Below, one piece after another: positions 44,070 through 55,947 of a stretch of 64,000 nucleotides of DNA. The first letter of the stretch is position 1, and each line of letters opens with the position of its first letter. The notes under the pieces are model-generated. The model made no database searches and was not told where the DNA came from. It worked only from the letters and a program-made list of their open reading frames with translations. Source of the DNA: Dendrobates tinctorius (taxonomy: Eukaryota); assembly GCF_039654945.1 (NCBI RefSeq), contig NW_027361671.1, forward strand, positions 98,766,001 to 98,830,000. The letters are read 5' to 3'. A program made the position numbers and the translations under genes.

Positions 44070-45135
44070 TTTATTTTCACGGCTCTGCGTTTATAAACTT
44101 CTGTGACGCGCTTGGGGGTTCAAAGTGCTCACCACACATCTAGATAAGTTCCTTAGGGGGTCTAATTTCCAAAATGGGGTCACTTGTGGGGGGTTTCCAC
44201 TGTTTAGGCCCATCAGGGGCTCTGCAAACGCAACATGAATTCCGCAGACCATTCCATCAAAGTCTGCATTCCAAAATGGCACTCCTTCCCTTCCGAGCTC
44301 TCCCATGCGCCCAAACAGTGGTTCCTCCCCACATATGGGGTATCAGCGTACTCAGGACAAATCTCATAATGACTGTGGGGGTATGATTTCTCCTGTTACC
44401 CTTGTAAAAATAAAAATTTGGGCGCGAAAAGATAATTTTTGTGGAAAAAAAATGGATTTCTTATTTTCACGGCTCTACGTTATAAACTTCTGTGAAGCAC
44501 TTGAAGGTTCAAAGTGCTCACCACACATCTAGATAAGTTCCTTAGGGGGTCTAGTTTCCAAAATGGAGTCACTTGTTGGGGGTTTCCACTGTTTAGGCCC
44601 ATCAGGGGCTCTGCAAATGCAACATGATGCCCGCAGACCATTCCATCAAAGTCTGCATTCCAAAATGGCACTCCTTCCCTTCCAAGCTCTCCCATGCACC
44701 CAAACAGTGGTTCCTCCCCACATATGGGGTATCAGCGTACTCAGGACAAATCGCATAATAACTGTGGGGGTATGATTTCTCCTGTTACCCTTGTAGAAAT
44801 AAAAATTTGGGGGCGAAAAGATCATTTTTGTGGAAAAAAAATGGATTTCTTATTTTCACGGCTCTACGTTATAAACTTCTGTGAAGCACTTGAAGGTTCA
44901 AAGTGCTCACCACACATCTAGATAAGTTCCTTAATGGGTCTAGTTTCCAAAATGGGGTCACTTGTTGGAGTTTTCCACTGTTTAGGTACATTAAGGGCTC
45001 TCCGAACGCAACATGGTATCCGATCTTAATTCCAGCCAATTCTGCGTTGAAAAAGTCAAACGGTGCTCCATCCCTTGCGAGCTCTGCCGTGTGCTGAAAA
45101 AGGGGTTTACCCCCACATATGGGGTATCGGCGTAT
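44070..45135. repeat. ~390 bp tandem repeat, about 2.7 copies
   Basis: ttttcacggctct...tataaacttctgtga recurs at 44074, 44464 and 44853. Confidence 0.88.
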
Positions 45136-46030
45136 TCAGGAGAAATTGTACAACAAATTTTGTGGTTGATTTTCTCTTTTAACACTTGTGAAAATAAAAA
45201 AAATTGGTTCTGAAGTAATTTTTTTCCAAAAAAAAGTTAAATGTTAATTTTTTCCATCCACATTGCTTTCGTTCCTGTGAAGCACTTAAAGGGTTAATAA
45301 ACTTCTTGAATGTGGTTTTGAGCACCTTGAGGGGTATAGTTTTTAGAATGGTGCCACTTTTGGGTATTTTCTGTCATGTACACCCCTCAAAATAACTTTA
45401 AATATGATGTGGTCCCTAAAAAAAATGGCTTTGTAAATTTTGTTGTAAAAATGAGAAATCGCTGGTCAACTTTTAACCCTTATAACTTCCTAACAAAAAA
45501 ATATTTTGCTTCCAAAATTGTGCTGATGTAAAGTAGACATGTGGGAAATGTTATTTATTAAGAAATTTATGTGACACATCTCTCTGATTTAAGGGCATAA
45601 AAATTTAAAATTTTAAAATTGCAAAATTTTAAAATTTTTTGCCATATTTCTGTTTTTTTCATAAACACAAGACTTATCGAAGAAATTTTACCACTAACAT
45701 GAAGTACAATATGTCACGAAAAAACAATCTCAGAATCAGCAGGATCCATTAAAGCGTTCCAGAGTTATAACCTCATAAAGGGACAGTGGTCAGAATTGTA
45801 AAAATTGGCCTGGTCATTAAGCTGCAAACTGGCTCTGTCGCTAAGGGGTTAATCTTATTACACTTTGTTATATCTACTGTATTTTCTTTTAGCAGTGCAC
45901 ACCGCATCTATTTTTTGATTTTTGTTGCTTTGTGAGTAAATCTTTTTGTAATATTTGATCCTCTATAACATTTTTTTTTAAAACTTTCTAAATAACTTTT
46001 CTATTCCTTTTACCGGGCAGGTTGCACATA

Positions 46031-47671
46031 ATGTACATGTCCACCGCGGAGCATGTGATTGTGGCAGCAGCTTTACTGATGGAGGGAGATCGACAAGAAG
46101 AGGCGTGGGCGGAACAGAGGCGCTCCAAACGAAAGCGTCGCATGTGGACCAGAGAATGGCTTGAGCAGCGGTCCAAATTCACCCACATGCATCTAGTGAG
46201 GGAGTTACAGGAGAAGAATCCGCAGGATTTCCGCAATTATCTACGGATGTCGGAGGATTCATTTAGGCTGAGTGCAGACGGAGTTTTGAGCCCTGCGGAT
46301 TTTTCCGTGCAGAATGGAAGAAAACCGCAGGTCAAATGACCTGCATTTTTCCTGCGGATTTCTTCCATTTTTCACGCGGTTTTCATGCGGTTTTTGTGCG
46401 GTTTTCCATTGCGGTCTTCCCCCTGCGGATTTGGTAACAGGGGAGATAGAAAACCGCACAAAAGAAGTAACATGCTGCGGATTTTGTACCGCAGGAAAAC
46501 CGCGCGGAAAAATCTGCAGCGTCTGCACAGCGTTTTTTTTTTTTTCATTCATTTTAAAGGTACTGTACATCACAATGCGGATATGCAACGTTTCTGCGCA
46601 GTAAAATCCGCTGCGGAAACGCTGCAAATCTGCATCGTGTGCACATGGCCTTAAGCTCCTACTGGAATGTGTGAGGCCACTCATTGAACGGCAGGATACA
46701 CGGATGCGTGCAGCTGTTTCGGCAGAGGAACGTTTGGCTGTCACGCTCCGATTCCTGGCAACCGGACGTTCAATGAAAGACTTGCAATTTTCAGCAGCTG
46801 TTTCCCGATCACTCCTCAGCGTGTTAATCCCAGAGACATGCAACGCCATCGTCCAGAGTATACGGAGCTACATGCCTTTTCCTAAATCCGCGGCGGAATG
46901 GAAAAAAATTGCATGTGATTTTGAACGTATTTGGCAGTTCCCTAACTGTGGTGGTGCCTTGGATGGCAAACATGTGCGCATCACGCAACCAGCCAACAGC
47001 GGAAGTTATTTCTATAACTACAAGGGCTACTTCAGCGTGATCCTCATGGCCCTTGTGAACTCCAATTATGAATTTATAAACGTTGATGTTGGCATGAACG
47101 GCAGGGTTTCGGACGGAGGCGTTTTGGAGCACACAATTTTTGGTGAACGCTTGAATAACTCTGAACTGCACTTGCCAACCAACATGGACACCACCGCCAA
47201 TCTTAACTTTGTGTTTGTGGGCGATGAAGCATTCCCCCTTCATGCACATCTTGTGAAGCCGTACCCACAAAAGACTTTGACTGAGGAAAGGCGTATTTTT
47301 AATTACAGACAGTCAAGGGCACGCCGCGTTGTTGAGAATGCGTTCGGCATCATTGCCAACCGCTTCAGGGTTTTCCACACTCCAATAAACATGAAGCTGG
47401 AATCCATAGACTCCGTGGTGTTGGCCTGTTGCGTGCTGCACAATTTTTTACGACAACGCGATGCTGCAGCATACAGTCCGCCAGGCTTCATGGACTCAGA
47501 CAGCAATGGTGACGTGGTGCTCGGAGAATGGCGTGAGAATGATCCCGCTATTGCAGGACTTCGACCTGTCAATCAAGGCAGGCCCAAGGACGATGCAAAG
47601 GCCAGCCGAGATAAGTACTGCCAATACTTGGCAACGGGCCTGGTGCTGTGAGTTGGCAGCATCGGATATAG
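46031..47671 (+). pseudogene. Harbinger DDE transposase of the outer element, interrupted by a MITE
   Basis: 46031-46265 joined to 46654 onward reads ...FRNYLRMSEDSF-KLLLECVRPLIERQDTRMR..., with GALDGKH, VGDEAF and RRVVENAFG. A probable frameshift near 47630 hides the terminus NGPGAVSWQHRI*. Confidence 0.9.
46266..46650. mobile_element. Harbinger-type MITE inside the transposase CDS
   Basis: TTA|ggctgagtgcagacg...cgtgtgcacatggcc|TTA; removal restores the reading frame. Confidence 0.9.
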
Positions 47672-48086
47672 TTATGTAAAGATTGCTTGGTTATCCTGTT
47701 TAAAAGTTTGTGTTAATAAAAAAAAAAAAAACTTTCCAATTTTGTGTTGTGTTTATTCGTAGGTGTGATGGGGAGGGGGTATTAATATCGAGAAGGCAAA
47801 AAACAAGAGGGTTGAGATGGGGAGGGGCAGTACTGGGGATAACTCCAAATGAGGAGTGTGATGGTGAGGGGGGAGTTATGGGGGGAGGGCAAAAGAAGTG
47901 GTGTGATTGTAGCGGTGTGAGCAATGGGCAGAAGGAAAAATGAGGTTAAGCCCACACATATGCATCTCTGGTGCGTTCTCAAAGAGGCTGCGGGACAACG
48001 ACGCATCTGCGTACCCGTGCGCCGTGACGTCATGACGCATGTGTGGGCGGCGTTAATGCGGCCTAGAGAAAAATATTCAAAACAAT

Positions 48087-51000
48087 ATGGCTTCCAGGCG
48101 TTCTGTACCCTGGGGAGAGCCTGAGGTTCGATTCTTGATACAGGAAGTCGACGCGAGGGACTATGATTGCACCACACACGTCCGGCCCATGCTTCATAAG
48201 AAGAGGGTGTTGAAAAAAATTAAAAGAGGCCTCATGCGCAGGTTTGGTGTCGAGCGCAGTACGACGCAGATCCAGAAAAAACTCGCAGATCTGCGCTACC
48301 GCTCCAGCCAGCGCATAGCAAACATCCGGTCCGACAACCAAATTGAAGAGGGTGAGCGTTTTTGACAGGACATGAGAAAAATTTCTTTTAAGTTGTATGT
48401 TGTCTATTAACGTGTGCGTTACCGCTTCATATCTCAGATTGCACGTTCAGCATTTGGTAACTGTTCAATTGTTAACAGTTTGCAAAATGCCATGTGGTTA
48501 TGCTGGGACATAGCAATGTGTTGAAGTGAAAGTGAAAGTTAAATGAAGTTTGAATATTATTTTCCTTTTTTTTGTTGTTGTTACTTCAAAATAAACATGA
48601 GCTTGCACTGTGGAGAATAACATAAATTATTGTTATTATTGAAGTGTTCTTATTCAAATACCGGTGACGATGTAACATCTCGCAGAACAATATTCTTTTT
48701 TTTTCTTTTTTTGTTTCAATTAAAGACAGCATTTAAGGCTAATTTCACACTTGCTTTTTTCTCCAGCGCGTTTTTAGCGCAAAAAAACGCATAGAAAAAA
48801 CGCATACAAATGCATACAAACGCTGCGTTTTTTTCAAGCATTTTTATGCGCATGCAGGAAAAAAACGCAGCGTTTTTGTGCGTTTGTATGCGTTTTTTGT
48901 GCGTTTGCGTTTTTTTACAGATTTTGGAAAAAAAACCCAAAAAAGAAAAACAAACCATTCAACAACACACAAGACCAATGGGACTTCATTGTGGGTGTGG
49001 TATGTTAATATATAGACCCTGTCTACAGTATTCTTCACATTTGCTTGATTCTTCTTGTGACCATGGATCTGCGCTGGAAGAGTTTTCACTTCAACTTGGA
49101 TTTGGACATCGCGATGGCTCAGGCGTATGCAGTTGCTTGCCATGAACAAAGGAAGAGAGAGAGGCAGCGAAGACGGCAGCGGCGGCGTATGTGGATACAT
49201 CCGATTGTTGAACTCCGGGAGAGCCGTGGGGCATACCACACCCTCTACAGCGAGCTCCAGGCAAACCCGGAGAAATTTACAGATTATATCCGGATGTCCC
49301 AAGAAAGTTTCAGGGATTTGCTTGCTCGTCTCCAACAATCCATCCGGAGACAGGACACACAGCTCCGTCGTGCGATTCCTCCTGAGGAACGGCTACTGGT
49401 GACATTACGGTACGTAATATTTAAAAACCAAGGGGTGCGGTCTGATTACTTTTTTTTAAAATTTAATATTCAAAACCTTGGGTAATTAGTTTTCGTGAAT
49501 GTACTAATATTTTATTTTATAGTGTTTTAAAATAATATACATAAATATTAATTTAACTTCTTTCTCTGTTCACAGATTCCTGGCAACTGGAGAAACCCTA
49601 TCTTCACTACACTTCCAGTTCCGTATTGGAATCTCTACCTTGTCTGGAATTGTTGCGGAGACCTGCCGGGCTCTCTGGAATGTTCTTTGTCCAGAATTTA
49701 TGCCCCTGCCCACCGCTGAAAAGTGGATGGAAATTGCTGACAAATTCTGGACAGTATGCAATTTCCCCAACTGTTTGGGAGCTGTTGATGGTAAACACAT
49801 ACGGATCATCAAACCCAAAAGAACGGGATCTGAGTACTATAATTACAAAAAGTACTTTTCAATAGTACTCATGGCCATTGCGGATGCCGGATGTATGTTT
49901 GTAGCAGTGGACATTGGAGCATTTGGCCGTGGTAATGACTCACAGGCTTTTAAAAACTCAGACATGGGCCGGAGGTTGTATGGCAACCAATTTAATTTCC
50001 CTATGCCACGGCCTCTTCCTCACACCGAAGCTCCACCACTGCCCTTTGTAATGGTTGGCGATGAGGCTTTTCAAATGTGCGGAAACTTACTGAAACCCTA
50101 CTCCAGCCGGGACTTGGACCACACCAAAAAAATATTTAATTACAGGCTGACCAGGGCCAGAAGAACTGTCGAGTGTGCTTTTGGGATTCTTGTCTCCAGA
50201 TGGCGAATTCTGGGCACGGCCATTAATCTTAAACTTGAAACAGTCGATGAGGTGGTGAAGGCCTGTGTGGTTCTACATAACTTTGTGATGGCTAAAGAGC
50301 ACCCGACCTTTGAACTGGACGATGATGCTCCTAACCCATTGCCTGAATTCACTCAGCACCCTCTCAGGTCATCCGTTGAAGTTGGCCAAATGAGGGACCA
50401 ATTTGCGGCCTACTTTATTTCTGATGTAGGACGGGTGCACTGGCAAGATGAAATGGTGTAAGAATGTTTTTGTTTGTTTATGGTAATAAAAAACCTTATT
50501 TGATACCATTACTGAGTGCACTATATTTTTTAAATTCCAATTAAATAAAAAAACTTCCCATGTATAACTGAAGTTTTTGATGTTCACACACCTGGGCAGG
50601 TAAATACACATATGAGTTAAAATGCAGCATTGCTTGTCTGCGTGAAATATATTGGAACGAGCAAAGCTGCAGGCCATGAATCAGGAAACCAATTTTTTTC
50701 AAGAGAAAATTGTCGAACTAGTTGAAAAAAAAGTACGTGATTTTTTCAAAACCCAACCCCAATGAAAGTCAATGGGGAATACAAATCAGCATTGAGTGGA
50801 TGAATGTAATCAGCTCAATTCCAACTTTTATTTAAAATTGTGGTAGTGTAGAAATAGACAAGTTTCAACAGTTTGTTTTTCATGAAACCAGATTCTAGTT
50901 GGTAAAACTAGAGTTATTACACTAGGCCTTGGTATGACTATACTAGTCCGTGTTATTTCACATATGACTATACTAGGCCTTGGGTCCAGATTCTAGTTGG

Positions 51001-54000
51001 TAAAACTAGAGTTATTACACTAGGCCTTGGTATGACCATACTAGTCCATGTTATTTCACATATGACTATACTAGGCCTTGGGTCCAGATTCTAGTTGGTA
51101 AAACTAGAGTTATTACACTAGGCCTTGGTATGACTATACTAGTCCGTGTTATTTCACATATGACTATACTAGGCCTTGGGTTGGTTTTTAACATGTATTT
51201 ACCCATCAGTGTGTGTGAGCGGCGCAAACAACATTAATGAAACTTTGTAATGGTGAACCACAAATGTAAATTTATTTTTAATCACAAAAATAAACAAAAA
51301 AATTATTTTTTCCGGCGTTTGGGGGCAGATGGTTTCAATTTGGGGGTGTGCAGGGAATATGCAACACTTGCAGTTGAAGACGGTGTTTGAGGGGAAGGGG
51401 CAACAAAACTTGTGGGGGAAGGTAGTCCAGTTAAGGGAATTAAACTAGGAACACTTGGAGGAGAGGAAATCTGTTCAGGTACATTTGTTGTAATGGCATG
51501 TCGCCGTAGGCTTGTGTGCCTGGACCGACTTTGGCCCAATGCCCGCCTTGATTGATTTCGCCTTGAACTTGGGGCAAATATTGAGTGTAGGTCCCCCGTC
51601 TGCTGGGGTGGCTGCTGCTGCTGAGGTGGCTGCTGCTGCTGAGGTGGCGGCTGCTGCTGCTGAGGTGGCGGCTGCTGAGGTGGCGGCTGCTGCTGCTGAG
51701 GTGGCGGCTGCTGCTGCTGAGGTGGCTGCTGCTGCTGCTGAGGTGGCTGCTGCTGCTGCTGAGGTGGCTGCTGCTGCTGAGGTGGCTGCTGCTGCTGCTG
51801 AGGTGGCTGCTGCTGCTGCTCTTGGTTGGCAGTGCTCGTCCTTGCAGGAGGACTGGTGGCGGCAGTGATGGTCCAGGTTTGCGGAGTGGTGGTGGCAGGG
51901 CTACTACATGTTGTTGTAGCGGCAGGGCTGTTCCATGTTTGCCTAGTGGTGGCTGAGCTCCACGCATGCATGGGAGTGGCGGTGGTGCTCCAGACAGGAG
52001 CAGCGCTTGCCATGGTGGTGTCGGTGAAGTGACCAGCTGCACTCAGACTTGTGGTGGTGTAACGGTGGGTGTCCTGGCTTTGAATAGAGGTGTCCGTGCA
52101 GTGGTATGCAGCACAAGTCAGTAGTGAGGTGAAGCGAGTCAATGGTGGCACAGGTGGAAATGACACCACTGACTGCTGACCGTACCGATTATGCTGCATA
52201 GCCTGCAAGAAAGCATTGTTGCAGGCCTGCAGCACATTCAGCTGTTGCTCAGGACTAAGGTGTTCCGCCATGCCCTTTTCAATCTTACTAAAAAAATGGT
52301 GTGCTGGTCTGTTGAGGTCAGCCTCCAGACGGTCAAGGCGCTGTTCTACAGAATTGAAGCGGTGTTCAAAGTGGTTAAAACCACGTTCCATGAGTGCAAA
52401 ACCGCTTTCAACTCTGTCGGACAGCGACTTTAGGCTGGAATTAAAGGCCTCGCTCAAATGCATAAACTCGGGCAAGACATTCCTGTCCAAGGCCCTCTGC
52501 CGCTGGCGGGTAGTGCCCGCATAACCAGTGGCAGAGACCTGGGACAGGGGAACACCTGATGGCCCAGCTTCCTGGTCACCAGCTGTGTGTGTGGCTGACC
52601 TGCAAGGTGCTTCCTGGCTGTCGGATGGCTGGGACGGGTCAGAGGACGTCCGAGGAAGGACCGCTCCAGGGCCAGGTTGCAGGGTGCTGCTCCAGGTGCT
52701 GTGGAAGAAAGGAAAATCATTACTACCATGCCTTTACAAGAAGCATCAGCTGTGGATTAGAAAAACACAGATTAATAAAAATAAAAACCCAAAATTTATA
52801 ATACTTACGATCTCGTGGCAAGGACCGGTCTTAGGAACTGCAACGCATGATAGTGACGGTATCTAGTTCTGGTCCTTGACGCAGATCCACTGCGAACCTG
52901 GCCCTCAGCACGAACATCACTGTTGAAGCGGTCCTTGATCGAACGCCAACGTGTTCGGACTTTGTCCACTGTTGGGAAAAAAAAAACAGTGCCGTCAAGG
53001 ACAAGAGTCACTGCGGCACAATATAGCAATACAATACTCAAAGCAGTCACTGTAGAGCCCGATGACACTGTTGGGTTTCCTGCTAGAATATATCTAGCAC
53101 GAAACCCAACAGTGCCGTCAAGGACAACAGTCACTGCGGCACAATATAGCAATACAATACTCAAAGCAGTCACTGTAGAGCCCGATGACACTGTTGGGTT
53201 TCCTGCTAGAATATACCTAGCACGAAACCCAACAGTGCCGTCAAGGACAACAGTCACTGCGGCACAATATAGCAATACAATACTCAAAGCAGTCACTGTA
53301 GAGCCCGATGACACTGTTGGGTTTACTGCTAGAATATACCTAGCACGAAACCCAACAGTGCCGTCAAGGACAACAGTCACTGCGGCACAATATAGCAATA
53401 CAATACTCAAAGCAGTCACTGTAGAGCCCGATGACACTGTTGGGTTTCCTGCTAGAATATACCTAGCACGAAACCAAACAGTGCCGTCAAGGACAACAGT
53501 CACTGCGGCACAATACAGAGCAGGGAAATACTCACTAAACGCCTTTTTGGAGGATGCTGTGGCGCTGTCCCAGCCATCCATCAACGCTGCGGCCACCTCA
53601 TTCCATAGCCGCCGGGTCACCACATTGTCCTTGTACAGCCGGTCACGGCTGTCCCACAACGGCGCACGCTCCTGGACCAGGCTGATGAGCTGCTCATTAT
53701 CCAGGTAGACGTCTTCATCCCGTTGTGGAACCTAGACAAAACACATTCATTAGAATAATCAAATTTAAATTGAATAAAAAGTTACAAAAAAAAGAAACAT
53801 AAAAAAGAGTAAAAATAGAAGATAAAAAATAAAGAACATTACAAATCATTTGATACATACATTCCGTATCACCACCGGGACTTGGCTTCGCTGCTCCTGC
53901 TCTTCGCCCTCAGTAGTCCCGTCCGCAGAAGATGATGATGATGATGTCTTAAAAAAGTTGAAAAAAACGTAAGAGATTTGGAGTAGCAGCAGATATACTT

Positions 54001-55623
54001 ACCAGATGCACGAAAATAATCACCGCACGGTCTGCTTGCGCCAATTCCTGCCGCGATGGGGAATATTCGGATTCTGAAGACATACTGCATGTAAAAATAA
54101 TAAAAATCATTAGTACATACATAATTTAAAAGGACAGGCATATAATGTAATATACTCACATTCTTGACGCTGATAGAAGATGGGTTCCTTGGTGACTGTC
54201 TGCTCTCCAATCTGTCAGTGTAGTAGTGGCAGAGTTTTGGCAGGCACCTCCTTTATATAGACTTTTTTTTTTGACTTTAGAAGTTTATAACTAGTACAAC
54301 AAGTGGACACCACCAAAAAGAAGTAACTAGTACAACAAGTGGACACCACCAAAAAGAAGTTTATAACTAGTACAACAAGTGGAGGCTGGTTTCACATTCG
54401 CGTTAAAACAACGCTGCGCCCTGCGTCGTTAAGCCCCGCCCTGAGCCGGCTCCCTGCCCGCCCCATCCGGGATCACCGCCTACTTTCGCATTTGCACGCA
54501 TGCGATCGGCGCACCCTATCTTTAGCATAGGGTGCACAGATCATGCGCTGCCAGTGTGAAAGTAGTGTGCTGCGCACTTTTAACGATGCGCCGTGCGCGC
54601 CGAAATGCAGCATGTTGCATTTCGGCGCGCACGGCGCACCGTCAAAAGTGCGCAGCGTTGTTTTAACGCGAATGTGAAACCAGCCCACCAAAAAAACGCA
54701 GCGCTAAAAAAACGCATACATAAGCATGCCAATGCGCACATATGCGCACCCATAGACTTATAATGGGTGTCTTGCTGTAAAAAAACGCATTGCGTGCGCA
54801 TGCGTTTTTTTGAGGCAAGTCGGACGCTCAAAAAATGCAACAGGATGCATTTTGTGCGCCCGAGCGCATACCGCAAAAAAACGCATGCGCGGAAAAACGC
54901 ATACAAACGCATGTGTATGCGCACATAAGCGCATCCCATGCAAAGTATAGGGAAAAAAATCGCATGCGTTTTTTAGCGCTAAAATCCCGCAAAAAAAAAC
55001 GCAAGTGTGAAACCAGCCTAACATGCAGATTTCTATGGATTGTTTTCCCTATCTGTAGAACCACCATTACCATCAAGCCCGCCATCACAGTATGATCAAG
55101 CAGCCCCAGCATCTACGGTGGATCAAGAAGGGTCACCACCTACCCCTTTGCCCGCTTCAAGCCCATCTCCAGCATCACTCCAGGATATTGATGTGGCCTC
55201 TCCATCCGGTAAGTAAAGACATTTATTTTTAAAAATAAAATAACAAAAAAAAGGGGTTCTTAAACTTTTGTCTTTGGAAAGGATGAAGGGTTGCCATGAA
55301 AAATTTTCCTTTTTTTTTTTCTCATAGCCGTTGGTGCCAGTGCTTCGGGGTGGGCTATTAGCCCCTCCCCAGAAAGATCTGTTCCGACCCAATACCGTAA
55401 GGATAAAAACAAAAGCCATGTACCTTTTGTTTCTACTGTCTCTATAGTTGCCAGGTTTACATTTGCCTTTTCATCCACAGAAATACCCACAGCACAGGCA
55501 CTGCTGGCATCTCACCGGCGGATGAGAGCAGCTATGGCTGTCACTCTGGCAGCCATGGACGTACACGGAGTGATGCTGGAGAGGTTCTTGGCGGGTGTAC
55601 AAGAGGGTGGCAGTAGCCAGTAA
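48087..55623 (+). CDS. Third gene of the outer Harbinger: Myb/SANT-like domain protein, predicted 208 aa, 4 exons
   Basis: Exons 48087-48351, 55059-55208, 55328-55396 and 55481-55623, all GT-AG and phase 1, with no stops. N-terminus W.E.EVRFLI...RSTTQIQKKLADLRYR, then a Pro/Ser linker and a predicted helical C-terminus. Confidence 0.7.
49063..50461 (+). CDS. Harbinger DDE transposase (HARBI1/ALP1-like family), 410 aa, one intron
   Basis: Exons 49063-49409 and 49576-50461 (CG|gtacgt...cacag|A). Motifs EERLLVTLRFLATG, GAVDGKH, VGDEAF and RRTVECAFG. AATAAA at 50485. Confidence 0.92.
50888..51181. repeat. 98 bp tandem repeat x3 between the convergent inner genes
   Basis: ccagattctagttgg recurs at 50888, 50986 and 51084. 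Confidence 0.92.
51303..54083 (-). CDS. MADF/Myb-like partner protein of the inner Harbinger, predicted 639 aa
   Basis: Exons 54083-54003, 53947-53861, 53731-53536, 52968-52809 and 52698-51303. LISLVQERAPLWDSRDRLYKD...LWNEVA...VRTRWRSIKDRF...LQFL; polyQ/P tract; C-terminal PKRRKK; TATA-like tatataaa near 54255. Confidence 0.82.
52985..53515. repeat. 120 bp tandem repeat x~4.4, each unit containing a long palindrome
   Basis: Each unit contains cactgttgggtttc-c-tgctag-aatatat/c-ctagca-c-gaaacccaacagtg. Confidence 0.92.
54384..54685. mobile_element. Harbinger-type MITE in the right subterminal region of the inner element
   Basis: Long TIR ggctggtttcacattcgcgttaaaacaacgctgcgc and its inverse; related to 36446-36884. 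Confidence 0.85.
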
Positions 55624-55947
55624 ATTTTTTTATTTTTTTTTTAGGTTTATTTATGTTTTTTTGTTAAACCCCCTTGTTTCTGATGTTGTTAAAGATGTAA
55701 AAAAACATATTTTCAAAATATATAAGAAATTAAATTTTTTATATTTTCTGATGATATATGTGGCTGGATATTATTTTTAGTAAAAGATGTTCATGTGCAC
55801 AGCCATCTTTTAAGTGTTGTTAACCACAATGTTCTAATAACAAACAAAGGCAAGAAAACGACACCACAATTCATGTAAAATATAACATTTTTATTGAAAT
55901 AAACTTTAACAATTTTAAAAATTAAAAATATATACAAAACAAAATTT

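Larger units (their letters stand above)
43056..45848 (+). mobile_element. Non-autonomous TTAA (piggyBac-like) element carrying telomere-like and ~390 bp repeats
   Basis: TTAA|ccccttaacgac...gtcgctaagggg|TTAA; no long ORF. Confidence 0.8.
48737..55018 (+). mobile_element. Inner PIF/Harbinger transposon, apparently intact and autonomous (6282 bp)
   Basis: TAA|ggctaatttcacacttgc...gcaagtgtgaaaccagcc|TAA, AAAAACGCA subterminal repeats, and convergent transposase and MADF genes. Confidence 0.9.

Noticed and set aside
48438-48456. Possible micro-exon in the third Harbinger gene
   Set aside because: 19 nt would break the phase-1 frame, and the model is complete without it.
49063-50461. Calling this the domesticated host gene HARBI1
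   Set aside because: It lies between TIRs with a TSD and a convergent MADF gene, so it is a transposon-borne homologue.
51512-51868. Poly-Ala ORF resembling an antifreeze protein
   Set aside because: Antisense shadow of the CAG-rich polyQ tract.
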